Shown one piece after another: positions 53,613-63,784 of a DNA stretch of 64,000 nucleotides. Below the pieces are notes generated by a model. The model made no database searches. It was given only the letters and a program-made list of their open reading frames with translations, and was not told the DNA's origin. Source of the DNA: an uncultured delta proteobacterium (GTDB lineage: Bacteria; Myxococcota_A; Polyangia; Fen-1088); the NCBI GenBank assembly GCA_963767925.1, contig CAVYGB010000013.1:64001-128000 (forward strand), given 5' to 3'. Numbering within the stretch: position 1 is the stretch's first letter; the number at the start of each line of letters is the position of its first letter. A program made the translations under genes and the position numbers.

Positions 53613-53963
53613 TCAATGAACGCTTGCCCGCCGACGCTTCGATTTAGCGGCCTCGACGTCGATGCCGTCGAGCAGTGCCTCCAGGGCGCGCTCGTCGATG
53701 GCCACGCTGGTGGCACGTTCGTCGAGCGGCGCGGGCAGCTTGAAGACCCCGACGTCGAGACGTTTATAGAAAACGCACATCCCTGAGCCGTCGAAGAAAA
53801 ACACCTTGACGGCCGTGCGATGCTTCCCGAAGAAGATGAAGAGCGCGCCCGAGCGCGCCTCGCGGCCGATTCGCTCCTCGACGATGCCTGCCAGCCGATC
53901 GAAGCTCCACCTCAGGTCGATGGGCTCCAGCCCGATGAACACCTCCACGCCGTGTGGGATCAT
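53613..53963 (-). CDS. tnpB: IS66 accessory protein TnpB
   Basis: PIDLRWSFDRL, LFIF, KRL..G.F. Confidence 0.92.
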   Translation of the reverse strand: MIPHGVEVFIGLEPIDLRWSFDRLAGIVEERIGREARSGALFIFFGKHRTAVKVFFFDGSGMCVFYKRLDVGVFKLPAPLDERATSVAIDERALEALLDGIDVEAAKSKRRRASVH

Positions 53964-54340
53964 CGCCCCACTCCGCGTGTCGCCCGCTGTTCCAGAATCT
54001 CCAGAACCGCCGCCAGCATCGACTCGTCGAATCCAGCCGGCACAACGATCCGCGCACCACCAACCTCGACCTGCAGCGGCGCTGGCGTCAGCGTCGTCCG
54101 GCTGCCTGCGCCAGAGGAAGCCCGCTTCGGGACTCGCACTACTCGCAGAAGGCGCATCCGGGTTGCCGCCACCTTCTTCGGCGCACGGCTAGCCGGACGC
54201 CGACGTGTCTTGCCAAGCCGCCACCCCCAGTGCCGAAGAAGTCCTGCAGAAAATCCCTTCCCTGCGCAGAAGTCTTCGGACTTCTGGCCGCTCGCCCGCC
54301 ATGCCTCTATCCGCGCTGCCCATTCGGTTGCTGTCGCCAT
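53960..54340 (-). CDS. tnpA: IS66 accessory protein TnpA
   Basis: W...IEAWRASG...FC HTH and C-terminal IVVPAGFD. Confidence 0.85.
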   Translation of the reverse strand: MATATEWAARIEAWRASGQKSEDFCAGKGFSAGLLRHWGWRLGKTRRRPASRAPKKVAATRMRLLRVVRVPKRASSGAGSRTTLTPAPLQVEVGGARIVVPAGFDESMLAAVLEILEQRATRGVGR

Positions 54341-54400
54341 GGCATCCAGGATGCCGGGCACCGCTCAACTTGAGTAGAACGGGGTCCGTGCACCGGGTAC

Positions 54401-54845
54401 CCAACTCCGGGTGCAGCCGCTCCACCAGCCCGATCCGCCGCGACACCCAGCTCTTGTGTCGCTGTAGCATCTGGGCGATCTGAACCTGCGTCAGCCCCGT
54501 CGCCGCCAGCTCCCGCAGCACCAACGCCTCCTCCAGCTCTGTCATCGAGAGCGGGCCGCGATTGAGCGCCAGCATCGTCACCCACTGCCCCGCCTCGTCG
54601 AGCGGCATCACCCGCACCATCAGCGTCGGCCACCCAAGCGCCGTCGCCGCCTCCCTCCGCTTGAAGCCGTCCACCAACTCCAGCTTCCCCTCGCGGTCCA
54701 CCGCCACCATCGGTTGCAGCTGCCCCTGCGCCGACAAGCTCTGCCGCATCCGCTCGACCAGCGCTGGCCGCTGGCAACGCGCACGCCCGAGCGTCGTCCC
54801 CAGCATCGCGATCGGGCGCTGCTCGGCCGGGCTCGGCGCTACCAT
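54401..54845 (-). pseudogene. ParB-like N-terminal + HTH protein, 3'-truncated by IS66
   Basis: GQLQP, LVDGFKR, IAQML...SWVSRR. Confidence 0.75.
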
Positions 54846-54863
54846 TGTCTCGCTCTCCTCTCG

Positions 54864-55319
54864 TCATGGGGGGCAGTGATCGGACGGGGGCCATCGTCGC
54901 GGCGGTCTCTGCGCCCATCCCACCCGCCCGCACCGCATGCAATGCCCCCGTCGCGGCCATGGAGCCACGTCGACAACCCGCGCGGCTACAGCCTGATCTA
55001 TGTCGATCTTCGGGTCCGGTACCGCCGTGGCCGTGCTCGACGCCGGTGACGGCGCCGAGATGGCGGCCGCCGCGGGCAGCTCCGCCGCTGGGCGCCTCTG
55101 TCGCAAGCCGCTGCGGTAGGCCTCGCACGGTGCCGCTCGACGGAGTCGCCCCCCGGGTGTCGACATGTACTGGGCCTGCGCTCGCCGGCACTGCTCCCGA
55201 CGTGCACGCTCCCGGCAGCCACCGCCGCAGTAGCGCTGTCCGCAATAGCAGCGGCGGCACATGAAAAACGGCCGACCGCACTCCGGCCGGGCGCACTCGA
55301 GAACACGTAGAGGAGCCAC
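54864..55319 (-). CDS. Cys-rich (Zn-ribbon) hypothetical protein associated with IS21-like elements
   Basis: C...C...F.MC..C..GQRYC...C pattern followed by a basic helix. Confidence 0.6.
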   Translation of the reverse strand: MAPLRVLECARPECGRPFFMCRRCYCGQRYCGGGCRERARREQCRRAQAQYMSTPGGRLRRAAPCEAYRSGLRQRRPAAELPAAAAISAPSPASSTATAVPDPKIDIDQAVAARVVDVAPWPRRGHCMRCGRVGWAQRPPRRWPPSDHCPP

Positions 55320-56625
55320 TCGTCCCTGCGACAGGCGCTGGACGAGACGCAGGGACTGTGCGAAATCGGACCTACCGGATCGCGTCCCTGCGTTTCGGCC
55401 CGAGGGCTCGGAGCTACCAACTCCGGGCCCTCACCTTTTCGGTCACCTGCTCAGAGCCGATCTACCCCGACACGACGCTCCGTAGCCAGAAAGGCCGCCT
55501 GGCCGGCGTGGCCGTCAGCCGTCCCCCCCCGAGGGCCTTTTCACCGCCACGGTGGGGGAGAATTACGCCGCCACTCGCACCTATTCTATCGAGATCGCTG
55601 GGTCGAGGCTGTGACGCCGACGCGGGAGCTGCTTCGAGGTCCGGTTCGGTCCGATCTCCTTGTTCTTCCGGGACCGGTACCCAGGTGTCCGAGGTCCGGC
55701 GCGGCCTTTAGATCGCGGCGCCGAGGGGCAGAGTGGATGTCAGATATCGCCGCGGGTACGGCTGACGCGGATGCGGGCGTTTTGGGAGCGAACGGGAGCT
55801 TCTGGCAGCGGAGGGAGCCTTCGGGGATGGTTCGGTCCCGCTCCACGAGGACGCAGATCATGTCCGCGAAGACGCAAATGCTGTCACGCAGCGTTCTCGC
55901 TCGGGGGCAATCGACGAGTGGCCGGCGGCGGCCGGCGCATTCCGCTCGGCCTCCTCGCGTGCCAGTTGCTGCTCGGCCGCTGTCACGGCGGCAGCTGATT
56001 CGGACGGCTCGAGAGGGGGACGCGCGTGCGAGCAGTGGCCAAGGAAGACCAGGACCGAGAGCAGCGGAAGGAACCTCATGGTGCGGGTGCGGCTCCTTGA
56101 AGGAGGATTTCGTTGATGGCCAGCGCGTGCTCATAGTCGCTCGTCCGACTGTCGAACGATGATGGACAGTCGGATTCCCCAATCGGCAAGGTGACCGGGA
56201 CGGAACGTCGGGTGACCGGCGCCGGGCACGGGTCCAGCCGTGTTGAACGGTCCACCGTATCGGGTAGGGCGCGGGAGCTGCGATCGTCGCCCGAGAGCTG
56301 CCAGGGACCATTCCCCGAGACATGGCGGAACGCATTTTGCTCGATGCGGGTTCATGAGATGCCTTCCTTCCCTCGGTGCGCTCGCCCAAGCCTTGATCCT
56401 AGCTGGGCCGGCAGTGGCGTCGAAGACGTCGGGCGTCCAGCAGCACGTGGAGATGCGCTGGGCCCTCGTCGTGCGCAATATGCAGCGACGGACAGAAGAG
56501 GCCGTTCCTTCCCCTGTGATCAGAAGCGTTGAACGCCTCGTGAACGCGGCGGTCGAGTGTTGGGCGTCGATCCAAACCTCAGCCTCTCGCGACACGGCCA
56601 ACGCCGCTCCTCCAGGCCCGACGCC

Positions 56626-56910
56626 ATGAGTTCTGTCACCACGACCGCTGCCTGCGGCTCACGCGGCGCAATCCAGGGCCTGCTCGAACGTTTCGCCCGA
56701 GAGCAGGCCCTGAGCACGCGCGAACGTGAGGTCATCGATCTGGCGCTGCAGGAGTTGCACACCAAGGAGATCGCGCACCGACTGGGCTGCGCACCCAGCA
56801 CCGTCGATGAGTACTGGAAGCGAATTTACAAGAAGACGGGCGCCGACTCCAAGTTGGCAGTGCTGTCTCGTCTTCTGGTGCGCGCCCTGCTGGGGCATGG
56901 CACGTGGTGA
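56626..56910 (+). CDS. Stand-alone LuxR-type HTH regulator
   Basis: LSTREREV...KEIAHRLG...TV..Y..RIYKK. Confidence 0.8.
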   Translation: MSSVTTTAACGSRGAIQGLLERFAREQALSTREREVIDLALQELHTKEIAHRLGCAPSTVDEYWKRIYKKTGADSKLAVLSRLLVRALLGHGTW

Positions 56911-57184
56911 CTGGTCCTCCGGTCCATCCCTGCGGCTCACTCCGGGGCGACCCGGAAAACCCCGGTCGGCGCGGGGCGCTATCGCGATCCTGCCTTCTCA
57001 CCGCCCCCGAGCGGCGCCTTGAATCCTTCCACCAACTGGCCCGGGACGCCTGTGCGTAACGGCGACGACGGCCGGCAGAATCTGGTAGTCCTAGTAGCGA
57101 ATATCATGGGGAAGATCGTGCTGCTGGTTTTTTCGCCACCAGGCTCCGGTTCCCGGACTTCCACTCCCCCGGCAAGGTCTTGAC

Positions 57185-59188
57185 TTGGGCGGCGCGCGCA
57201 CCGTTAGCCCGGCCGACCGACGCCGCCCGCTGCTCTGGTGGGGCATCGCCGCGGTCCTCATTTCGGCATCGTTGATCCTGGTCGCGACCCGCGGCCGGGT
57301 TCGAGAGCCCGAGAGCGCCAAGTTTCCCCTGCCCAAGCCACGTCGCCCGAGTGCATGGGTGGTCCCGCCCAAGCTGATCACGCCACCAGCGCCTGGTCCG
57401 TCGTGGGCGCCACCTACCCGGGGCGGCCCGGCCCTCGAGGTGCGCGTCGAGGACGTCACGGGCGGTGTGATCCCCCATGCGCTGGTGCGGGGCGAGGGGG
57501 AGAGCGGCCGCGCTTTCGGTCGCACGGACGACAGGGGCTCGCTCAGGGCAGACGCCTCCGGTCTGCCGCCGGCGTTACGCATTGTCGCCTCGGCGGATGG
57601 CTATGCTCCGACTTCGACACTGGCCCAGGTGCCGGGGGTGGCCGTCGTCCGGCTGGTGCCTACGAGCCACGTCTCGGGTCGGGTTGTCGAGGCCGGCTCG
57701 GGGAAGCCAGTCCAGGGCCTCACGGTCCGTTGCGATGGTCAGGAGACATCGTCGGCGGCAGACGGCGGGTTCGCCATCACTGGCGTCAACCCCGGTCGCC
57801 ATCGAATCGAAGTCCGCGGGGAAGGCTGGCGGGGCATCCTCTCCGAGCCATTCAAGATTGGTCCGGCAGACATTGTTTCCGACCTCCGCGTGGAGGTCAT
57901 GCGGGCCTTTTCCCTTGCCGGACGGGTGATGGCCGACGGCCAACCCCAACCGGGAAGAACGGTCGAGTTGCTGTCGGCGGGTGGAATGCTGTCGGCTCTC
58001 ACGGACGCCGAGGGACAGTACCGGCACGTCGGCCTTGCCCCGGGCCGATACCAGGTCGTCGTTGCTCGATCCGGCACCCTGCCCACCTTCGTGGAGCAGG
58101 CGGTCTCGATCGTGGATCGCGACGTCACGCTCGACATCCAACTCGACCAGCGTTCGAAGCTGACGTTCGAGGTCGTCGACGGCGCCGGCCGCCCGCTGGC
58201 CGGGACCGCCGTGCACGTTACCCAGAAACATGACGGGATGCAGGCCTCACCGTGGTGCACCACAGACGCGCGCGGGACGTGCAGTGTGACCGATCTGTGG
58301 CCTGGCGTGCTGACCTACGAGACCGACTCCGGACCCGAGCGCACGGCTACGGTGCCCAGGGCGGCGCCCGTTCGGGTGGTGGTGGGTGGGCGTGGCGGGA
58401 TACGTGGACGGCTAATCCGCTCTGATAGACGGCCGGTGGGAGAACGTTATGTCGTCGCCTCTCGGCGGGGCGGGTCGGGCTACGGAAGCGCCCACTCCGA
58501 CGACGAGGGTCGGTTTCAGATTTTCCTGCTACCTGCAGGCACGTACGACATCGAGGTCTACCTTCGCAACTCCATCTCGGCATCGACTCCGCGCGAGGTG
58601 AGCACTGCCGTGACCATCGAGCCGGAACAGACGGCGGAGGTCCTGCTGGAAGTTCCGTCGGCCAGCGGGGCGATCGCGGGTCGGGTGGTGGACGAGGCCG
58701 GTGTTCCGGTCCGGGATGCACTGGTCACATATGACTATTTGGACTCTTCGTCGAAGAACGTGTTTCGCCGCGGGCTGGATTTGTCCTCCAGCGACGACCA
58801 GGGCGCCTTCCGGTTCGACGACGTGCTGAGCTACTACCGCTACGTGGTCACGGCCTATACACGCGACGGCCGTCTAGGCACAGCCATCGGTGTGGCGGTG
58901 GGGGCATCCCCTGTCGTCGTGCGCATCGCGCGACTGGCCGACCTGACCGTTGAGGTCACCGGATTTCGCTCGCCCCAAGTCACCGTCGAGATCCGGCGGA
59001 ACGAGGCGATTGAGACCTTCGACACCGGCGATGGCAGCGGCGCGACCTTCCACTTCGACAATCTGCAGCCTGGTCCCATCATCGTGGTCGCGCGAACCGC
59101 CGACGAGAGAGCGCTGTCCTCGAGCACGCTCGAGGCGGGCCGCGCCGCGACGGTCCGGCTGCGCCCGGCAGTCAGTGACCTTCGATAG
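57185..59188 (+). CDS. Membrane-anchored protein with carboxypeptidase-regulatory-like (Cna-B type) repeats
   Basis: N-terminal TM; repeated G.V.D..G.P...T/SD..G.F...L.PG.Y units. Confidence 0.8.
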   Translation: MGGARTVSPADRRRPLLWWGIAAVLISASLILVATRGRVREPESAKFPLPKPRRPSAWVVPPKLITPPAPGPSWAPPTRGGPALEVRVEDVTGGVIPHALVRGEGESGRAFGRTDDRGSLRADASGLPPALRIVASADGYAPTSTLAQVPGVAVVRLVPTSHVSGRVVEAGSGKPVQGLTVRCDGQETSSAADGGFAITGVNPGRHRIEVRGEGWRGILSEPFKIGPADIVSDLRVEVMRAFSLAGRVMADGQPQPGRTVELLSAGGMLSALTDAEGQYRHVGLAPGRYQVVVARSGTLPTFVEQAVSIVDRDVTLDIQLDQRSKLTFEVVDGAGRPLAGTAVHVTQKHDGMQASPWCTTDARGTCSVTDLWPGVLTYETDSGPERTATVPRAAPVRVVVGGRGGIRGRLIRSDRRPVGERYVVASRRGGSGYGSAHSDDEGRFQIFLLPAGTYDIEVYLRNSISASTPREVSTAVTIEPEQTAEVLLEVPSASGAIAGRVVDEAGVPVRDALVTYDYLDSSSKNVFRRGLDLSSSDDQGAFRFDDVLSYYRYVVTAYTRDGRLGTAIGVAVGASPVVVRIARLADLTVEVTGFRSPQVTVEIRRNEAIETFDTGDGSGATFHFDNLQPGPIIVVARTADERALSSSTLEAGRAATVRLRPAVSDLR

Positions 59189-59350
59189 CAGTCCGCGCTG
59201 TCGTGCGCTGGGTGGCCGCCGCTGGAGTCCGCCGCAGAAGCGGAAGGTGCGCCGAGTCGCTTGAGCGTCCCGAAAACCAGGACGAGACGGATGATCCCAT
59301 TTCTCCTAAATGTCTCTCGAGCCCCATCGAGATTCGAAAGGAGACCAGCA

Positions 59351-59722
59351 ATGAGATCAATCATGGGAATCGGGAGCAAGGCAGCCGCGTTGTTCGCTCT
59401 GGGCATCATGTCGATCGCCTGTCAGAGTCCGCGAGAGCCAGGAGATCCGAAAAGCGACAGCGCGGATCTTGCCTTCGAGCCGGCGGCCAGGGACTGCCAG
59501 ATCGGCGATACGACGATCGAGGGTTTGCCTGAGGGCAGCCAATCCTGTGGGGACGCAAGGGAGATGGCCGGGATTTTGGGAAACGCTGGCAATCCTGTTC
59601 ACATCGAGCAGGAGACCTGCAATACGGATTCAGACGGATTGCTTGAGAGCTCGTTCGTGACGCCCGGAATCGACACCCGATACTCCGTCTCCCTGGCGGC
59701 GGGTCCCTATCTGCCAACGTGA
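59351..59722 (+). pseudogene. Lipoprotein probably truncated by IS3
   Basis: Lipobox SIAC; its stop falls inside the IS3 left end. Confidence 0.5.
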
Positions 59723-59779
59723 CCTGAGACGGCGCCGAAGCCGAATTTAATGTCCCAGGGCGAGGCAGGAACGGTAGAG

Positions 59780-60178
59780 ATGAGCAGCGTGTTAGCACAT
59801 GATACCGAGGTCGTGTCGAAGGCAACCCGGCGGAAGTTCACCGCCGAGTACAAGCGAGGGGTTCTCCGTCAGGCCGCGGGGTGCACCAAGCCCGGTGAGT
59901 TGGGGGCTCTGCTGCGCCGGGAGGGGCTGTATTCGTCGCACCTTTCGACCTGGCGTCGGGATATGGAGCAGCGGGGGATGGATGGTCTTGCCCCGAAGAA
60001 ACGTGGGCCGAGGGCAACGCCACCGACGCCAGCGGAGATCGAGAATCGTCGACTACGCCGAGAGAACAGCCTGCTCACGGCCCGGGCGGAGCGCGCGGAA
60101 ATGCTGGTGGAGATCCAAAAAAAAATGGCTTCGCTGCTGGGGCTGGACCTTCCCAAGCCCGACGACGAAAAGTCCTGA
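59780..60178 (+). CDS. IS3 OrfA (HTH)
   Basis: RRKFTAEYK...LLRREGLYSSHL..W...EIQKK. Confidence 0.9.
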   Translation: MSSVLAHDTEVVSKATRRKFTAEYKRGVLRQAAGCTKPGELGALLRREGLYSSHLSTWRRDMEQRGMDGLAPKKRGPRATPPTPAEIENRRLRRENSLLTARAERAEMLVEIQKKMASLLGLDLPKPDDEKS

Positions 60179-61380
60179 TGGACGAGACCGTGAAGGCCGA
60201 GCCTGTCCCGGGCGTCAGTGTCGGCTCCATCTGCGGCGCCCTGGGGCTGTCGACGGCGACCTTTTACCGGCGCCGGGCCGCCCTGGCGTGCCAGGCGACG
60301 ATCGAAGCCAAGTCGGCCCCTTCCACGGATCAGCCGGTCGAGCAGTCTCAAGCGGGCGGTCTGCTCGTCGTGGCCGTCTGCGGCCATGATGAGCAGACCG
60401 CAACCGCGCCGCATTTGACCATCGGCCAGGGCGCAGATTCCACACCGGCGCGGAGCGGAGCTGAAACTTCGGCCGCCGCAGCATCGAAGGCGAAGCGGAC
60501 CTCACCACGGGCACTGTCCGCTGAGGAACGCGATCAGGTGATGGCTGCGCTGAACGAGGATCGCTTTTGCAATCTCGCGCCTGCCCAGGTGTTCGCCACC
60601 CTCCTCGACGAGGGGAAGTATCTCTGCTCCGAGAGGACCATGTATCGAATCCTCGTCGACCACGCCCAGCTGCGCGAGCGACGCAATCAACTGCGCCATC
60701 CCCAGTACGCCGCGCCCGAGCTCATGGCGACCGGCCCCAACCAAGCGTGGAGTTGGGACATAACGAAGCTGAAAACCTTCGTGAAGAGCCAGTACCTGCA
60801 CCTCTACGTCATCCTCGACATCTACTCGCGCTACGTCGTCGGCTGGCGAGTCGAGACATGCGAATCCGGCGAGCTCGCCAAGGAGCTCATGGAAACTGCC
60901 TGCGAGCGGCAGAAGATCCCACCCGGCCTCCTCACCATGCATTCGGACAACGGTCCCGCGATGATCTCTCAGTCGGTGGCTTCGCTGCTCATCACCCTCG
61001 ACGTGGCCAAGAGCCACTCGCGGCCCCACGTCTCCGACGACAACCCCTTCTCCGAGGCGCAATTCAAGACGCTCAAGTACCGACCCAACTTCCCCGAGCG
61101 CTTCGCCTCCCTCGAGCACGCTCGCGCCTTCCTGCGGGAGTTTTTCGCCTGGTACAACACCGCCCACCACCACAGCCGGTTGGCCCTCCTCACGCCCCAC
61201 GATGTCCACCACGGCCTCGTTGACCAGCGGATCAGCCAACGAGCCGCCGTCCTGGACGCCGCCTACGCCGCGAAGCCAGAGCGCTTCGTTCGCCGGGCAC
61301 CGACGCCCCGCCGGCCACCGGAAACCGTTTGGATCAATCCACCCAAGCAGTCCCCCGCGACCGAGGAGGCGCGAGCGTAA
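60178..61380 (+). CDS. IS3 OrfB DDE transposase
   Basis: WSWDIT, DIYSR, HSDNG, DNPFSEAQFKTLK. Confidence 0.92.
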   Translation: MDETVKAEPVPGVSVGSICGALGLSTATFYRRRAALACQATIEAKSAPSTDQPVEQSQAGGLLVVAVCGHDEQTATAPHLTIGQGADSTPARSGAETSAAAASKAKRTSPRALSAEERDQVMAALNEDRFCNLAPAQVFATLLDEGKYLCSERTMYRILVDHAQLRERRNQLRHPQYAAPELMATGPNQAWSWDITKLKTFVKSQYLHLYVILDIYSRYVVGWRVETCESGELAKELMETACERQKIPPGLLTMHSDNGPAMISQSVASLLITLDVAKSHSRPHVSDDNPFSEAQFKTLKYRPNFPERFASLEHARAFLREFFAWYNTAHHHSRLALLTPHDVHHGLVDQRISQRAAVLDAAYAAKPERFVRRAPTPRRPPETVWINPPKQSPATEEARA

Positions 61381-61421
61381 ATTCAACAGTTGGCGCTCTC
61401 AAAATCGTTGACGGGTTCCGC

Positions 61422-62510
61422 ATCCCGAAAACCGACGGTCGGAAACGGCCGCTGGGCATCGCCGCGCTGGAGGACAAAATCGTTCAGCGTGCGATGGTCG
61501 AGGTGCTCAACGCCATCTATGAAACGGACTTTCTCGGGTTCTCCTACGGATTCCGGCCTGGGCGCAGTCAGCACAATGCGCTGGACGCGCTCGCAGTCGG
61601 AATCCTGCGGAAGAAGGTGAACTGGGTGCTCGATGCGGACATTCGTGGATTCTTCGACGCCATCGACCACGAGTGGCTGACGAAATTCGTCGAGCATCGG
61701 GTGGGGGACGGACGGGTCCTGCGGCTCATCCAGAAATGGTTGAGGGCAGGTGTGATGGAAGACGGAAAGTGGACGCAGAGCGAGGTTGGTTCGCCCCAAG
61801 GAGCGACAGTGTCGCCCCTGCTGGCGAATATCTACTTGCACTACGTTCTCGATCTCTGGGTCCAGCAGTGGAGAACTCGGCACGCGTGCGGCGACGTGAT
61901 CGTCGTTCGTTATGCCGATGACTTCATTGTAGGGTTCCAGCATCGTCGAGACGCTGAGCGGTTCCTGGTCGAACTGCGCGAGAGATTCGCGAAGTTCAAA
62001 CTGGAGCTTCACCCTGACAAGACGCGCCTCATCGCGTTCGGGAGGTTCGCCCTCCTAGACCGGCAGAGGAACGGACTGCCAGGCCAACCGGAGACCTTCA
62101 ACTTCCTGGGCTTTACCCACATCAGTGGGCGGACCAAGAAAGGGGCCTTCGTGCTCAAGCGCCAAACGATGCGCCAGAGATTGGCGGCCAAGCTGCATCA
62201 CGTATCCACCGAGCTGCAGCGACGCCGACATCAACCGCCACGGGAACAAGGCCGCTGGCTCCATTCCGTCGTGCGCGGGCATCTCGCGTACTACGGAGTC
62301 TCAACCAACGGCCCGACCCTGGAGTCCTTCCGAACGCAGGTCATCAAGAGCTGGCACCGGTCGCTTCGTCGTCGAGGTGACCGTCGCCGGCTCACCTGGC
62401 AACGGATGGGACGCCTCATCACAAGGTGGATACCGTCTGTTCGCCTCGTACATCCCTGGCCTCAGCGCCGCTTTGACGTCAGAACCCAAGGCAAGAGCCC
62501 AGTGCGGTAG
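61422..62510 (+). pseudogene. ltrA: Group II intron RT/maturase, 5'-truncated
   Basis: IPK.DG..RPLGI, SYGFRPGR, PQG, RYADD, FLGF and maturase domain; begins at the IS3 end. Confidence 0.9.
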
Positions 62511-62579
62511 TGCCGCACGCTGGGATCTGCGCGGGGGGCGGCCCGAGCCTTCACAGGCAAGGGCCGTCCCTACCGCGAC
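62495..62579 (+). ncRNA. Group II intron domains V-VI (intron 1; class E-like, tentative)
   Basis: GAGCCCAGTGCGGTAGTGCCGCACGCTGGGATCTG...CCCTACCGCGAC. Confidence 0.85.
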
Positions 62580-62786
62580 CGGCAACACCACCCTCATGAC
62601 CACCGAGCTCAAGGCCACGCTGGCCGACCACGCCGCCGGCAACTACGCGTGCTCATGAACCTCGGCGACGAGCTCCTCGCCATCGCCGCCGACCGCGACC
62701 TGCCACGCCTCGACGAGAAGCTCTTCCTCGAGTGCTTCCAGCAGCCCGCGCGCCCCAAGGCCGTGGCACAGGCGAAGAAGCGATGA
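62580..62786 (+). pseudogene. 3' part of an ExeA-like AAA ATPase of a DDE transposon (intron 3' exon)
   Basis: GNTTLMTTELKATLADHAAGNY, then after a one-base shift LMNLGDELLAIAA..DEKLFLECF. Confidence 0.6.
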
Positions 62787-62989
62787 GCCCGCCCCCACCA
62801 CGCGCTCGCGTGACCCTGCCACCACTCGACGGCCGCACCGCCATCACCGTCGTACAGATCCTAGAGAACGTCATCGACGCCATCTGGGACGCCCACCGCG
62901 AAGCCATCAACGAGGTCCGGAGCGACCTCACGACCGCGCCCGTCCTGTCCCTGCGCCCGCCCCCGACCGAGGACGACGGCCTCTTCTGA
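62783..62989 (+). CDS. Small hypothetical protein of the same transposon
   Basis: ATGA overlap with the ATPase stop; 68 aa with an amphipathic helix and acidic DDGLF end. Confidence 0.5.
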   Translation: MSPPPPRARVTLPPLDGRTAITVVQILENVIDAIWDAHREAINEVRSDLTTAPVLSLRPPPTEDDGLF

Positions 62990-63056
62990 TCCCTCGACTT
63001 CCCGCGCCCCTCAAACTACGTGATCGAACTCCCCTCAGAAAGCACGCGCACGCTCA

Positions 63057-63638
63057 TTCATGGTCCGATACGCGGACGACGTGGTCATCGTCGTCGGCGA
63101 CGAGGACGATGCACACAGGGTGCTGGCGGTGCTGGGCAAGCGGTTTGCCAAGTATGGCCTCACGCTGCATCCAGAGAAGACCAAGATGCTGGACTTCCGA
63201 AAGCCGCGAGGGCCGCAGTCTCCTGCGGGTCCGTCGTCGCCGAGAAGCTTCGACATGTTGGGATTCACGTGGTTCTGGGGAATCTCCCGCAAGGGCGCCC
63301 CTGTCATCCAACGCAAAACCTCGTCCAGCCGCTTTCGTCGAGCGCTCAGTCGCATCGCTGACTGGTGCCGCCAACATCGGCACGAGCCGGTGGCTGTCCA
63401 ACACGCCGATCTCACCAAGAAGCTCCGCGGGCACTACGCGTATTACGGCATCACCGGAAACGCGCGGTCCCTCAGTCGCTTCCTCCATGAGGTCGAGCGT
63501 GTCTGGCGCTACTGGCTGAACCGCCGGTCATCGCGAGCCAAGATGCTATGGGAACGCTTCTGCAGTCTGCTGCGGCGATACCCGCTGCCGCCGATCCGCA
63601 TCGTCCACAGCATCTACCGGACCGCAGCGAAGCCGTAG
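63057..63638 (+). pseudogene. ltrA: Second group II intron RT/maturase, 5'-truncated
   Basis: FMVRYADD, LHPEKT, LGF, LRGHYAYYG. Confidence 0.88.
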
Positions 63639-63644
63639 ACCGAG

Positions 63645-63718
63645 GAGCCGGATGCGAGAAATCCGCACGTCCGGATCTGTGGGAGCCCCGGGCGGGCAAC
63701 CGCCCGGGGCCACCCGAC
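63645..63718 (+). ncRNA. Group II intron domains V-VI (intron 2)
   Basis: GAGCCGGATGCGAGAAATCCGCACGTCCGGATCTG...GGGGCCACCCGAC. Confidence 0.88.
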
Positions 63719-63784
63719 GATCGGTGTGATGTCGGCTGCTCTTCCGAGGAAACTTTTCGGCGGATCACCCCGAATGGAAAGGCG

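Larger units (their letters stand above)
51731..54400 (-). mobile_element. IS66-family insertion sequence (2670 bp)
   Basis: Terminal inverted repeats GTACCCG(C/G)TGCACGGACCCCGT at 51731-51752 and 54379-54400 (21/22 match); encodes tnpA/B/C. Confidence 0.92.
54401..55579 (-). mobile_element. Left-end remnant of an IS21-like element carrying Zn-finger and ParB-like genes
   Basis: Minus-strand end TGCGAGTGGCGGCGTAATTCTCCCCCACCGTGGCGGTGAAAAG: TG start and tandem GTGGCGG motifs, as in IS21 ends. Confidence 0.55.
59706..61420 (+). mobile_element. IS3-family insertion sequence (ends approximate)
   Basis: Imperfect inverted ends sharing TGAGA..CGCC....GAATTTA; orfA/orfB; A9 run at 60117-60125. Confidence 0.8.

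Noticed and set aside
55586..56629. Several short ORFs, including a 73-aa signal-peptide ORF (55858..56079)
   Set aside because: No recognisable domains; probably decayed sequence, so not called.
61329..63638. Retron, DGR or defence reverse transcriptases
   Set aside because: Both RTs have maturase domains and are followed by canonical intron domains V-VI.
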